Position numbers and translations under genes: made by a program
The notes under the pieces: model-generated
What the model was told of the DNA's origin: nothing
Seen by the model: only the letters and a program-made list of their open reading frames with translations
Databases searched by the model: none
Part shown: piece after piece, positions 43,730 through 57,500 of the stretch
How the letters are laid out: the number at the start of each line of letters is the position of its first letter
Position numbering within the stretch: position 1 is the first letter of the stretch
Source of the DNA: the human T2T-CHM13v2.0 reference genome, Homo sapiens
Strand: one strand, 5' to 3'
Length of the DNA: 64,000 nt
Assembly: GCF_009914755.1 (NCBI RefSeq)
Contig: NC_060933.1

Positions 43730-46700
43730 CCATTACGGAAGATTCCATTCCATTGCATTCCATTCCATTCCATTCCCCTGTACTCGGGTTGATTCCATTC
43801 CATTCCATTCCAATCCATGCCATTCCACTCGTGTTGATTCCATTCTTTCCATTCCATTCAAGTTGAATCCATTCCATTGCATTCCATTCCATTCCATTCC
43901 CCTGCAGTCGGGTTGATTCCATTCCATTCCATTCCATTCCATTCCATTCCATTCCATTCCGTTCCGTTCCATTCCGTTCCATTCCATTCCTTTCCATTCT
44001 ATTCGGGTTAATTCCATTCCATTCCATTCCATTCCATTCCATTCCATTCCATTCCAATCGAGTTGATTCCATTCCATTCCATTCCATTCCATTCCACTCC
44101 ATTCTAGTCCTTTCCATTCCATTCCACTCGGGTTGATTCCAATGTATTCCTTTCCATTCCGTTCCATTCCATTGCAATCGAGTTGATTCCATTTTTTGCA
44201 TTCCATTCCATTCCATTCCATTCCGGATGATTCCATTCCATTGCATTCCATTCCATTCGATTCCCCTGCACTCGGGTTGATTCCATTCCTTTCCACTCCA
44301 TTCCGTTCCATTCCATTCCATTCCATTGTATTCGGGTTAATTCCATTCCATTCCATTACATTCGAGTTGATTCCATTCCATTCCATTCCATTCCTTTCCA
44401 GTCATTTCCATTCCATTCCACTCGGGTTGATTCCATTCTATTAGTTTCCATTCCATTCCATTCCCTTCCATTCCAGTCTGGTTGATTCCATTCCTTTCCA
44501 TTCCACTCGAATACATTCCCTCCTATTCCACTCGGAACGATTCCATTCCATTCCATTCCATTCCATTCCATTCCATTCCAGTTCGTTCCATTCCGTTCTA
44601 TTCCGTACCATTCCATTGCATTCCATTCCTTTCCATTCCATTCCTTTCCACTCGTGTTGATTCCATTCCTTTCCATTCCATTCGGTTTGAAGGCCTTCCA
44701 TTCCATTCAATTCCATTCCATTCCATTCCTTTCCATCCCATTCTATTCCATTCCATTGCAATCGAGTTGAATCCATTGCCTTTCATTCCATTCCATTCCA
44801 TTCCATTCCATTCCGGAAGATTCCATTCCATTGCATTCCATTCCATTCCGTTCCCCTGCACTCGCGTTGATTCCATTCCATTCCATTCCATTCCATTCCG
44901 TTCCGTTCCATTCCATTCCATTCCATTCCATTCCATTCCGTTCCGTTCCATTCCATTCCATTCCATTCTATTCGAGTTAATTCCATTCCATTCCATTCGA
45001 TTGCCATCGAGTTGATTCCATTCCATTCCATTCCATTCCATTCCATTCCATTCCTTTCCATTCCATTACGGATGACTCTATTCCATTGCATTCCATTCCA
45101 TTCCATTCCCCTGTATTCGGGTTGATTCCATTCCATTCCATTCCACTCCATTCGGTTCCGTTGCATTCCATTCTATTGCATTCCATTCTATTCGGGTTAA
45201 TTCCATTCCATTCTATTCCATTCCATTCCATTCCATTCCATTGCAATCGAGTTGATTCCATTGCTTTGCATTCCATTCCATTCCATTCCATTCCATTCCG
45301 GATGATTCCATTCCATTGCATTCCATTCAATTCCATTCCCCTGCACTCGTGTTGATTCCATTCCCTTCCATTCCATTCCATTCCGTTCCATTCCATTCCA
45401 TTGCATTCTATTCCGGTTAATTCCATTCCATTCCATTCCATTCCATTCCATTCCATTGCAATCGAGTTGATTCCATTCCATTCCTTTCCATTCCATTCCA
45501 TTGCCTTGCATTCCACTCGGGTTGATTCCATTCCCTTCTTTCCACTCCATTACATTCCCTTCCATTCCACTCGGAATGATTGATTCCATTCCATTCCATT
45601 CCATTTCATTCCATTGCAATCCATTCCAATCCATTCCATTCCATTCCATTCCACTCGAGTTGACTTCATTCCATTCCTTTCCATTCCATTCCATTCCTTT
45701 CCGCTCGAGTTGATTCCATTCCATTCCATTCCATTGCATTCCATTCCATGCCATTCCACTCGGGTTGATTTCATTCCTTTGCATTCCATTCCATTCCATT
45801 CTATTCCATTCCATTCCGTTGCATTCCATTCCATTACATTCGGATTGATTCTATTCAACTCCCTTACTGTCCATTACATTCCATTCCATTCGGGTTGTTC
45901 CATTCCATTCCATTCCATTCCATTCCATTCCGTTCCGTTCCATTCCATTCCATTCCATTCCATTCCATTCCATTCCTTTCCATTCCATTACGGATGATTC
46001 CATTCCATTGCATTCCATTCCATTCCATTCCCCTGTACTCGGGTTGATTCCATTCCATTGCATTCAAATCCATGCCATTCCACTCGTGTTGATTCCATTC
46101 TTTCCATTCCATTCAAGTTGAATCCATTCCATTGCATTCCATTCCATTCCATTCCCCTGCAGTCGGGTTGATTCCATTCCATTCCATTCCATTCCATTCC
46201 ATTCCATTCCATTCCGTTCCGTTCCATTCCGTTCCATTCCATTCCTTTCCATTCTATTCGGGTTAATTCCATTCCATTCCATTCCATTCCATTCCATTCC
46301 ATTCCATTCCAATCGAGTTGATTCCATTCCATTCCATTCCATTCCATTCCACTCCATTCCAGTCCTTTCCATTCCATTGTACTCGGGTTGATTCCAATGT
46401 ATTCCTTTCCATTCCATTCCATTCCATTGCAATCGAGTTGATTCCATTGCTTTGCATTCCATTCCATTCCATTCCATTCCGGATGATTCCATTCCATTGC
46501 ATTCCATTCCATTCCATTCCGCTGCACTCGGGTTGATTCCATTCCATTCCACTCCATTCCGTTCCATTCCATTCCATTCCATTTTATTCGGGTTAATTCC
46601 ATTCCATTCCATTCCATTCCATTCCATTCTATTCCATTCCATTCCATTACAATCGAGTTGATTCCATTCCATTCCATTCCATTCCATTCCAGTCCTTTCC

Positions 46701-48210
46701 ATTCCATTCCACTCGAGTTGATTCCATTCTATTAGTTACCATTCCATTCCATTCCCTTCCATTCCAATCTGGTTGATTCCATTCCTTTCCATTCCAGTCG
46801 AATACATTCCCTCCTATTCCACTCGGAACGATTCCATTCCATTCCATTCCATTCCATTCCATTCCATTCCATTCCATTCCAGTTCGTTCCATTCCGTTCT
46901 ATTCCGTACCATTCCATTCCATTCCATTCCTTTCCATTCCATTCCTTTCCACTCGTGTTGATTCCATTCCTTTCCATTCCATTCGGTTTGAAGGCATTCC
47001 ATTCCATTCAATTCCATTCCATTCCATTCCTTTCCATTCCATTCTATTCCATTCCATTGCAATCGAGTTGAATCCATTGCCTTTCATTCCATTCCATTCC
47101 ATTCCGGAAGATTCCATTCCATTGCATTCCATTCCATTCCGTTCCCCTGCACTCGCGTTGATTCCATTCCATTCCATTCCATTCCATTCCGTTCCGTTCC
47201 ATTCCATTCCATTCCATTCCATTCCATTCCGTTCCGTTCCATTCCATTCCATTCCATTCTATTCGAGTTAATTCCATTCCATTCCATTCGATTGCCATCG
47301 AGTTGATTCCATTCCATTCCATTCCATTCCATTCCATTCCATTCCATTCCATTCCTTTCCATTCCATTACGGATGACTCCATTCCATTGCATTCCATTCC
47401 ATTCCATTCCCCTGTATTCGGGTTGATTCCATTCCATTCCATTCCACTCCATTCGGTTCCGTTGCATTCCATTCTATTGCATTCCATTCTATTCGGGTTA
47501 ATTCCATTCCATTCTATTCCATTCCATTCCATTCCATTCCATTGCAATCGAGTTGATTCCATTGCTTTGCATTCCATTCCATTCCATTCCATTCCATTCC
47601 GGATGATTCCATTCCATTGCATTCCATTCCATTCCATTCCCCTGCACTCGTGTTGATTCCATTCCCTTCCATTCCATTCCATTCCGTTCCATTCCATTCC
47701 ATTCCATTCTATTCCGGTTAATTCCATTCCATTCCATTCCATTCCATTGCAATCGAGTTGATTCCATTCCATTCCTTTCCATTCCATTCCATTGCCTTGC
47801 ATTCCACTCGGGTTGATTCCATTCCCTTCTTTCCACTCCATTACATTCCCTTCCATTCCACTCGGAATGATTGATTCCATTCCATTCCATTCCATTTCAT
47901 TCCATTGCAATCCATTCCAATCCATTCCATTCCATTCCATTCCACTCGAGTTGATTTCATTCCATTCCTTTCCATTCCATTCCATTCCTTTCCACTCGAG
48001 TTGATTCCATTCCATTCCATTCCATTGCATTCCATTCCATGCCATTCCACTCGGGTTGATTCCATTCCTTTGCATTCCATTCCATTCCATTCCATTCTAT
48101 TCCATTCCGTTGCATTCCATTCCATTACATTCGGATTGATTCTATTCAACTCCCTTACTGTCCATTACATTCCATTCCATTCGGGTTGTTCCATTCCATT
48201 CCATTCCATT
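43730..48210 (+). repeat. Tandem duplication of about 2.29 kb (best matched 44550-45930 vs 46850-48210)
   Basis: ORF offsets 2291-2301 (44482/46773, 44743/47044, 45501/47792, 45851/48142). Shared variants CCAGTTCGTTCC (44578/46879), GTTCCCCTGC (44850/47141), ATTCGAGTTAA (44970/47261), CTGTATTCGG (45111/47402), CCCTTACTGTCC (45861/48152). Confidence 0.85.
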
Positions 48211-48520
48211 CCACTCCATTCCATTGCACTCGGGTTGATTCCATTCCATTCCATTCCATTCCATTCCATTCCATTCCGAATGATTCCATTCCATTGCATT
48301 CCGTTCCATTACATTCCCCTGCACTCGCGTTGATTCCATTCCATTCCATTCCATTCCATTCAATTCCATTCTATTACAATTCGTTCCATTCCATTCTATT
48401 CCGTACTATTCCATTCCATTCCATACCATTCCATTCCATTCCATTCCATTCCATTCCATTGCGTTCCATTCCGTTCCATTCCATTCCATTCTATTCGGGT
48501 TAATTCCATTCCATTCCATT

Positions 48521-48560
48521 CCATTCCAATCTATACCATTCCATTCCAATCTATACCATT
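48521..48560 (+). repeat. 20-bp perfect tandem duplication (CCATTCCAATCTATACCATT)x2
   Basis: Read directly. The CCAATCTATACC variant was not noticed elsewhere in the window. Confidence 0.9.
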
Positions 48561-51500
48561 CCATTGCAATCGGGTTGAATCCATTGCATTTCATTCCATT
48601 CCATTCCATTCCATTGCATTCCGGAAGATTCCATTCCATTGCATTCCATTCCATTCCATTCCCCTGCACTCGCGTTGATTCCATTCCATTCCATTCCATT
48701 CCATTCCATTCCATTCCGTTCCATTCCATTCCATTCCATTCCATTCCATTCCATTCCTTTCCATTCCATTACGGATGATTCCATTCCATTGCATTCCATT
48801 CCATTCCATTCCCCTGTACTCGGGTTGATTCCATTCCATTGCATTCCAATCCATGCCCTTCCACTCGTGTTCATTCCATTCTTTCCATTCCATTCAAGTT
48901 GAATCCATTCCATTGTATTCCATTCCATTCGATTCCATTCGATTGCACTCGGGTTGATTCCATTCCATTGCATTCCATTCCATTCCATTGCATTCCATTC
49001 CGTTCCATTCCATTCCATTACATTCGGATTGATTCTATTCAATTCCCTTACATTTCATTACATTCCATTCCATTCGGGTAGTTTCCATTCCATTCCATTC
49101 CATTCATCTCCATTCCATTTCACTCGGGTTGATTCCATTCCATTGCATTCCATTCCATTCCATTCAATTCCATTCCGTTCCATTCCATTCCTTTACATTC
49201 GGATTGACTCTATTCAACTCCCTTACTCTCCATTACATTCCATTGCATTCGGGTTGTTCCATTCCATTGCATTCCATTCCACTCCATTCCATTGCACTCG
49301 GGTTTATTCCATTCCATTCCATTCCATTCCATTCCATTCCATTCCATTCCATTCCGGAAGATTCCATTCCATTGCATTCCATTCCATTCCATTCCCCTGC
49401 ACTCGCGTTGATTCCATTCCATTCCATTCCATTCCATTCCATTCCATTCCATTCCTTTCCGTTCCATTCCATTCCATTCCATTCCATTCCGTTCCGTTCC
49501 GTTCCGTTCCGTTCCGTTCCGTTCCATTCCATTCCATTGCATTCTATTCGGGTTAACTCCATTCCATTCCATTCGATTGCAATCGAGTTGATTCCATTCC
49601 ATTCCATTCCATTCCATTCCATTCCATTCCATTCCTTTCCATTCCATTACGGATGATTCCATTCCATTGCATTCCATTCCATTCCATTCCCCTGTACTCG
49701 GGTTGATTCCATTCCATTCCATTCCAATCCATGCCATTCCACTCGTGTTGATTCCATTCTTTCCATTCCATTCAAGTTGAATCCATTCCATTGCATTCCA
49801 TTCCATTCCATTCCCCTGCAGTCGGGTTGATTCCATTCCATTCCATTCCATTCCACTCCATTCCATTCCATTCCATTCCATTATATTTTATTCGGGTTAA
49901 TTCCATTCCATTCCATTCCATTCCATTCCATTCCATTACAATCGAGTTGATTCCACTCCATTCCATTCCATTCCAGTCCTTTCCATTCCAATCCACTCGG
50001 GTTGATTCCATTCTATTAGTTTCCATTCCATTCCATTCCCTTCCATTCCACTCTGGTTGATTCCATTCCTTTCCATTCCACTCGAATAGATTCCCTCCTA
50101 TTCCACTCGGAACGATTCCATTCCATTCCATTCCATTCCATTCCATTCCATTCCATTTCGTACCATTCCATTCTATTCCGTATCATTCCATTCCATTCCA
50201 TTCCATTCCATTCCATTCCATTCCATTGTACTCGGGTTGATTCCATTCCATTGCATTCCATTCCATTCCATTCCATTCCATTCCATTCCATTCCGTTGCA
50301 TTCCATTCCATTACATTCGGATTGATTCTATTCAACTCCCTTACTCTCCATTACATTCCATTCCATTCGGGTTGTTCCATTCCATTCCATTCCATTCCAC
50401 TCCATTCCATTGCACTCGGGTTGATTCCATTCCATTCCATTCCATTCCATTCCATTCCGGATGATTCCATTCCATTGCATTCCGTTCCATTACATTCCCC
50501 TGCACTCGCGTTGATTCCATTCCATTCCATTCCATTCCATTCAATTCCATTCCATTACAATTCGTTCCATTCCATTCTATTCCGTACCATTCCATTCCAT
50601 TCCATACCATTCCATTCCATTCCATTCCGTTCCATTCCGTTCCATTCCATTCCATTCCATTCTATTCGGATTAATTCCATTCCATTCCATTCCATTCCAT
50701 TCTATTCCATTCCATTGCAATCGAGTTGAATCCATTGCATTTCATTCCATTCCATTCCATTCCATTCCATTCCATTCCATTCCGGAATTTTCCATTCCAT
50801 TGCATTCCATTCCATTCCATTCCATTCCGTTCCGTTCCATTCCATTCCATTCCATTCCGTTCCGTTCCATTCTATTCCACTGCATTCTATTCTGGTTAAT
50901 TCCATTCCATTCCATTCGATTGCAATCGAGTTGATTCCATTCCATTCCATTCCATTCCATTCCATTCCATTCCATTCCATTCCTTTCCATTCCATTACGG
51001 ATGATTCCATTCCATTGCATTCCATTCCATTCCATTCCCCTGTACTCGGGTTGATTCCATTCCATTCCATTCCAATCCATGCCATTCCACTCGTGTTGAT
51101 TGCATTCTTTCCATTCCATTCAAGTTGAATACATTCCATTGCATTCCATTCCATTCCATTCCCCTTCAGTCGGGTTGATTCCATTCCATTCCATTCCATT
51201 CCATTATATTCCATTCCAATCAAGTTGATTCCATTCCATTCCATTCCATTCCATTCCATTCCATTCCACTCCATTCCAGTCCTTTCCATTCCATTCCACT
51301 CGGGTTGATTCCAATGTATTCCTTTCCATTCCATTCCATTCCATTGCAATCGAGTTGATTCCATTGCTTTGCATTCCATTCCATTCCATTCCATTCCGGA
51401 TGATTCCATTCCATTGCATTCCATTCCATTCCATTCCCCTGCACTCGGGTTGATTCCATTCCATTCCACTCCATTCCATTCCATTCCATTCCATTCCATT

Positions 51501-54500
51501 CTATTGTATTCGGGTTAATTCCATTCTATTCCATTCCATTCCATTCCATTCCATTCCATTCCATTCCATTGCAATCGAGTTGATTCCATTCCATTCCATT
51601 CCATTCCAGTCCTTTCCATTCCATTCCTCTCGGGTTGATTCCATTCTATTAGTTTCCATTCCATTCCATTCCCTTCCATTCCACTCTGGTTGATTCCATT
51701 CCTTTCCATTCCACTCGAATACATTCCCTCCTATTCCACTCGGAACGATTCCATTCCATTCCATTCCATTCCATTCCATTCCATTCCATTGTACTCGGGT
51801 TTATTCCATTCCATTGCATTCCATTCCATTCCATTCCATTCCATTCCTTTGCATTCCATTCCATTACATTCGGATTGATTCTATTCAACTCCCTTACTCT
51901 CCATTACATTCCATTCCATTCGGGTTGTTCCATTCCATTCCATTCCATTCAACTCCATTCCATTGCACTCGGGTTGATTCCATTCCATTCCATTCCATTC
52001 CATTCCATTCCATTCCATTCCATTCCGAATGATTCCATTCCATTGCATTCCGTTCCATTACATTCCCCTGCACTCGCGTTGATTCCATTCCATTCCATTC
52101 CATTCCATTCCATTCCATTCAATTCCATTCCATTACAATTAGTTCCATTCCATTGTATTCCGTACCATTCCATTGCATTCCGTACCATTCCATTCCATTC
52201 TATTCGGGTTAATTCCATTCCATTCCATTCCATTCCATTCTATTCCATTCCATTGCAATCGAGTTGAATCCATTGCATTTCATTCCATTCCATTCCATTC
52301 CATTCCATTCCATTACGGAAGATTCCATTCCAATTCATTCCATTCCATTCCATTCCCCTGCACTCGCGTTGATTCCATTCCATTCCATTCCATTCCAATC
52401 CATTCCATTCCGTTCCGTTCCATTCCTTTCCGTTCCATTCCATTCCATTCCATTCCTTTCCGTTCCATTCCATTCCATTCCATTCTATTCGGGTTAATTC
52501 CATTCCATTCCATTCGATTGCAATCGAGTTGATTCCATTCCATTCCATTCCATTCCATTCCATTCCATTCCTTTCCATTCCATTACGGATGATTCCATTC
52601 CATTGCATTCCATTCCATTCCATTCCCCTGTACTCGGGTTGATTCCATTCCATTCCATTCCAATCCATGCCATTTCGCTCTTGTTGATTCCATTCTTTCC
52701 ATTCCATTCAAGTTGAATTCATTCCATTGCATTCCATTCCATTCGATTCCATTCGATTCCACTCGGGTTGATTCCACTCCATTGCATTCCATTCCATTCC
52801 ATTTCATTCCATTCCATTCCTTTCCATTCCATTCCATTCCATTCCTTTCCATTCCATTCCATTCCATTCCATTCCATTGCAATCGAGTTGATTCCATTCC
52901 ATTCCTTTCCATTCCATTCCATTGCCTTGCATTCCAGTCGGGTTGATTCCATTCCCTTCTTTCCACTCCATTACATTCCCTTCCATTCCACTCGGAATGA
53001 TTGATTCCATTCCATTCCATTCCATTTCATTCCATTGCAATCCATTCCAATCCATTCCATTCCATTCCATTCCACTCGAGTTGATTTCATTCCATTCCTT
53101 TCCATTCCATTCCATTCCTTTCCACTCGAGTTGATTCCATTACATTCCATTCCATTGCATTCCGTTCCATGCCATTCCACTCGGGTTGATTCCATTCCAT
53201 TCCATTCCATTCCATTCAATTCCGTTGCATTCCATTCCATTCCTTTCCCCTGCACTCGGGTTGATTCCATTCCATTCCATTCCATTTAATTCTATTCCAT
53301 TCCATTCCATTCCATTCCAATCCGTTCCATTCCATTCCATTCTATTCCATTGCAATCGACTTGATTCCATTCCATTCCATTCCATTCCATTCTATTCCAT
53401 TCCGTTCCATTCCATTCCATTTTTTTCCAATCCATTCTATTCCGAACCATTCCATTCCATTCCATTCCATTCCATTCCATTCCATTCCAGCCATTCCACT
53501 CGGGTTGATTCCATTCCTTTCCATTCCATTCGGGTTGAATCCATTCCACTCCATTCCATTCCATTCGAATCCATTCCATTGCACTCGGGTTGATTCCATT
53601 CCATTCCATTCCATTCGATTCCATTCCATTCCATTCCATTCCGTTCCATTCCATTGCATTACATTCACATTGATTCTATTCAATTCCCTTACACTCCATT
53701 ATATTCCAATCCATTCTGGTTGTTTCCATTCCATTCCATTCCATTTCACTCCATTCCATTGCACTCGGTTTGATTCCATTCCATTCCATTCCATTCCATT
53801 CCGGATGATTCCATTCCATTGCATTCCATTCCATTCCATTCCCCTGCACTCAGGTTGATTCCATTCCATTCCATTCCACTCCATTCGGTTCCATTCCATT
53901 CCATTCTATTGCATTCCATTCTATTCGGGTTAATTCCATTCCATTCTATTCCATTCCATTCCATTCCATTCCATTGCAATGGAGTTGATTCCATTCCATT
54001 CCATTCCATTCCGGATGATTCCATTCCATTGCATTCCATTCCATTCCATTCCCCTGCACTCGTGTTGATTCCATTACCTTCCATTCCATTCCATTCCGTT
54101 CCATTCCATTGCATTCCATTCTATTCCGGTTAATTCCATTCCATTCCATTCCATTCCATTCCATTGCAATCGAGTTGATTGCATTCCATTCCTTTCCATT
54201 CCATTCCATTGCCTTGCATTCCAATCGGATTGATTCCATTCCCTTCTTTCCACTCCATTACATTCCCTTCCATTCCACTCGGAATGATTGATTCCATTCC
54301 ATTCCATTCCATTTCATTCCGTTGCAATCCATTCCAATCTATTCCATTCCATTCCATTCCAGTCGAGTTGATTTCATTCCATTCCTTTCCATTCCATTCC
54401 ATTCCTTTCCACTCGAGTTGATTCCATTCCATTCCATTCCATTGCATTCCATTCCATGCCATTCCACTCGGGTTGATTCCATTCCTTTGCATTCCATTCC

Positions 54501-57500
54501 ATTCCATTCCATTCCATTCCATTCCATTCCGTTGCATTCCATTCCATTACATTCGGATTGATTCTATTCAACTCCCTTACTCTCCATTACATTCCATTCC
54601 ATTCGGGTTGTTCCATTCCATTCCATTCCATTCCACTCCATTCCATTGCACTCGGGTTGATTCCATTCCATTCCATTCCATTCCATTCCATTCCATTCCA
54701 TTCCGGATGATTCCATTCCATTGCATTCCGTTCCATTACATTCCCCTGCACTCGCGTTGATTCCATTCCATTCCATTCCATTCCATTCAATTCCATTCCA
54801 TTACAATTCGTTCCATTCCATTCTATTCCGTACCATTCCATTCCATTCCATACCATTCCATTCCATTCCATTCCATTCCATTCCATTCCATTCCATTCCC
54901 TTCCATTCCGTTCCATTCCATTCCATTCGATTCTATTCGGGTTAATTCCATTCCATTCCATTCCATTCCATTCCATTCCATTCCATTCCGTTCCGTTCCG
55001 TTCCATTCCATTCCATTCCATTCCGTTCCGTTCCGTTCCATTCCATTCCATTCCATTCTATTCGGGTTAATTCCATTCCATTCCATTCGATTGCAATCGT
55101 GTTGATTCCATTCCATTCCATTCCATTCCATTCCATTCCTTTCCATTCCATTACGGATGATTCCATTCCATTGCATTCCATTCCATTCCATTACCCTGTA
55201 CTCGGGTTGATTCCATTCCATTCCATTCCAATCCATGCCATTCCACTCGTGTTGATTCCATTCTTTCCATTCCATTCAAGTTGAATCCATTCCATTGCAT
55301 TCCATTCCATTCGATTCCATTCGATTTCAGTCGGGTTGATTCCATTCCGTTGCATTCCATTCCATTCCATTCCATTCCATTCCATTCCATTCCGTTCCAT
55401 TCCATTCCATTACATTCGGATTTATTCTATTCAATTCCCTTACACTCCATTACATTCCATTCCATTCGGGTAGTTTCCATTCCATTCCATTCCATTCCTC
55501 TCCATTCCATTGCACTCGGGTTGATTCCATTGCATTGCATCCCATTCCATTCCATTCAATTCCATTCCGTTCCATTCCATTCCATTACTTTCGGATTGAT
55601 TTTATTCAACTCCCTTAGTCTCCATTACATTCCATTCCATTCGGGTTGTTCCATTCCATTCCATTCCATTCCACTCCATTCCATTGCACTCGGGTTTATT
55701 CCATTCCATTCCAATCCATTCCATTCAATTCCATTCCATTCCGGAAGACTCCATTCCATTGCATTCCATTCCATTCCATTCCCCTGCACTCGCGTTGATT
55801 CCATTCCATTCCATTCCATTCCATTCCATTCCATTCCATTCCATTCCCTTCCTTTCCGTTCCATTCCATTCCATTCCATTCCATTCCATTCCATTCCATT
55901 CCGTTCCGTTCCATTCCATTCCATTCCATTCTATTCGGGTTAATTCCATTCCATTCCATTCGATTGCAATCGAGTTGATTCCATTCCATTCCATTCCATT
56001 CCATTCCATTCCATTCCATTCCTTTCCATTCCATTACGGATGATTCCATTCCATTGCATTCCATTCCATTCCATTCCCCTGTACTCGGGTTGATTCCATT
56101 CCATTCCATTCCAATCCATGCCATTCCACTCGTGTTGATTCCATTCTTTCCATTCCATTCAAGTTGAATCCATTCCATTGCATTCCATTCTATTCCATTC
56201 CATTCCATTCCATTCCATTCCATTCCATTCCATTCCGTTCCATTCCATTCCATTACATTCGGATTGATTCTATTCAATTCCCTTACACTCCATTAGAGTC
56301 CATTCCATTCGGGTAGTTTCCATTCCATTCCATTCCATTCCTCTCCATTCCATTGAACTCGGGTTGATTCCATTCCATTGCATTCCATTCCATTCCATTC
56401 AATTCCATTCCGTTCCATTCCATTCCATTACATTCGGATTGATTCTATTCAACTCCCTTACTCTCCATTACATTCCATTCCATTCGGGTTGTTCTATTCC
56501 ATTCCGTTCCATTCCATTCCACTCCATTCCATTGCACTCGGGTTTATTCCATTCCATTCCATTCCATTCCATTCCATTCCATTCCATTCCATTCCGGAAG
56601 ATTCCATTCCATTGCATTCCATTCGATTTCATTCCCCTGCACTCGCGTTGATTCCATTCCATTCCATTCCATTCCATTCCATTCCATTCCATTCCTTTCC
56701 GTTCCATTCCATTCCATTCCTTTCCAATCCATTCCATTCCGTTCCGTTCCGTTCCATTCCATTCCATTCCATTCTATTCGGGTTAATTCCATTCCATTCC
56801 ATTCGATTGCAATCGAGTTGATTCCATTCCATTGCATTCCATTCCATTCCATTCCATTCCTTTCCATTCCATTACGGATGATTCCATTCCATTGCATTCC
56901 ATTCCATTCCATTCCCCTGTACTCGGGTTGATTCCATTCCATTCCATTCCAATCCATGCCATTCCACTCCTGTTGATTCTATTCTTTCCATTCCATTCAA
57001 GTTGAATCCATTCCATTGCATTCCATTCCATTCCATTCCCCGGCAGTCGGGTTGTTTCCATTCCATTCCATTCCATTCCATTCCGTTCCGTTCCGTTCCA
57101 TTCCATTCCATTCCATTCTATTCTGGTTAATTCCATTCCATTCCATTCCATTCCATTCCAATCGAGTTGATTCCATTCCATTCCATTCCATTCCATTCCG
57201 GATGATTCCATTCCATTGCATTCCATTCCATTCCATTCCATTTTTTTCGGGTTAATTCCATTCCATTCCATTCCGTTCCATTCCATTCCATTCCATTACA
57301 ATCGAGTTGATTCCATTCCATTCCATTCCATTCCATTCCATTCCAGTCCTTTCCATTCCATTCCACTCGGGTTGATTCCATTCTATTAGTTTCCATTCCA
57401 TTCCATTCCCTTCCATTCCACTCTGGTTGATTCCATTCCTTTCCATTCCACTCGAATACATTCCCTCCTATTCCACTCGGAACGATTCCATTCCATTCCA

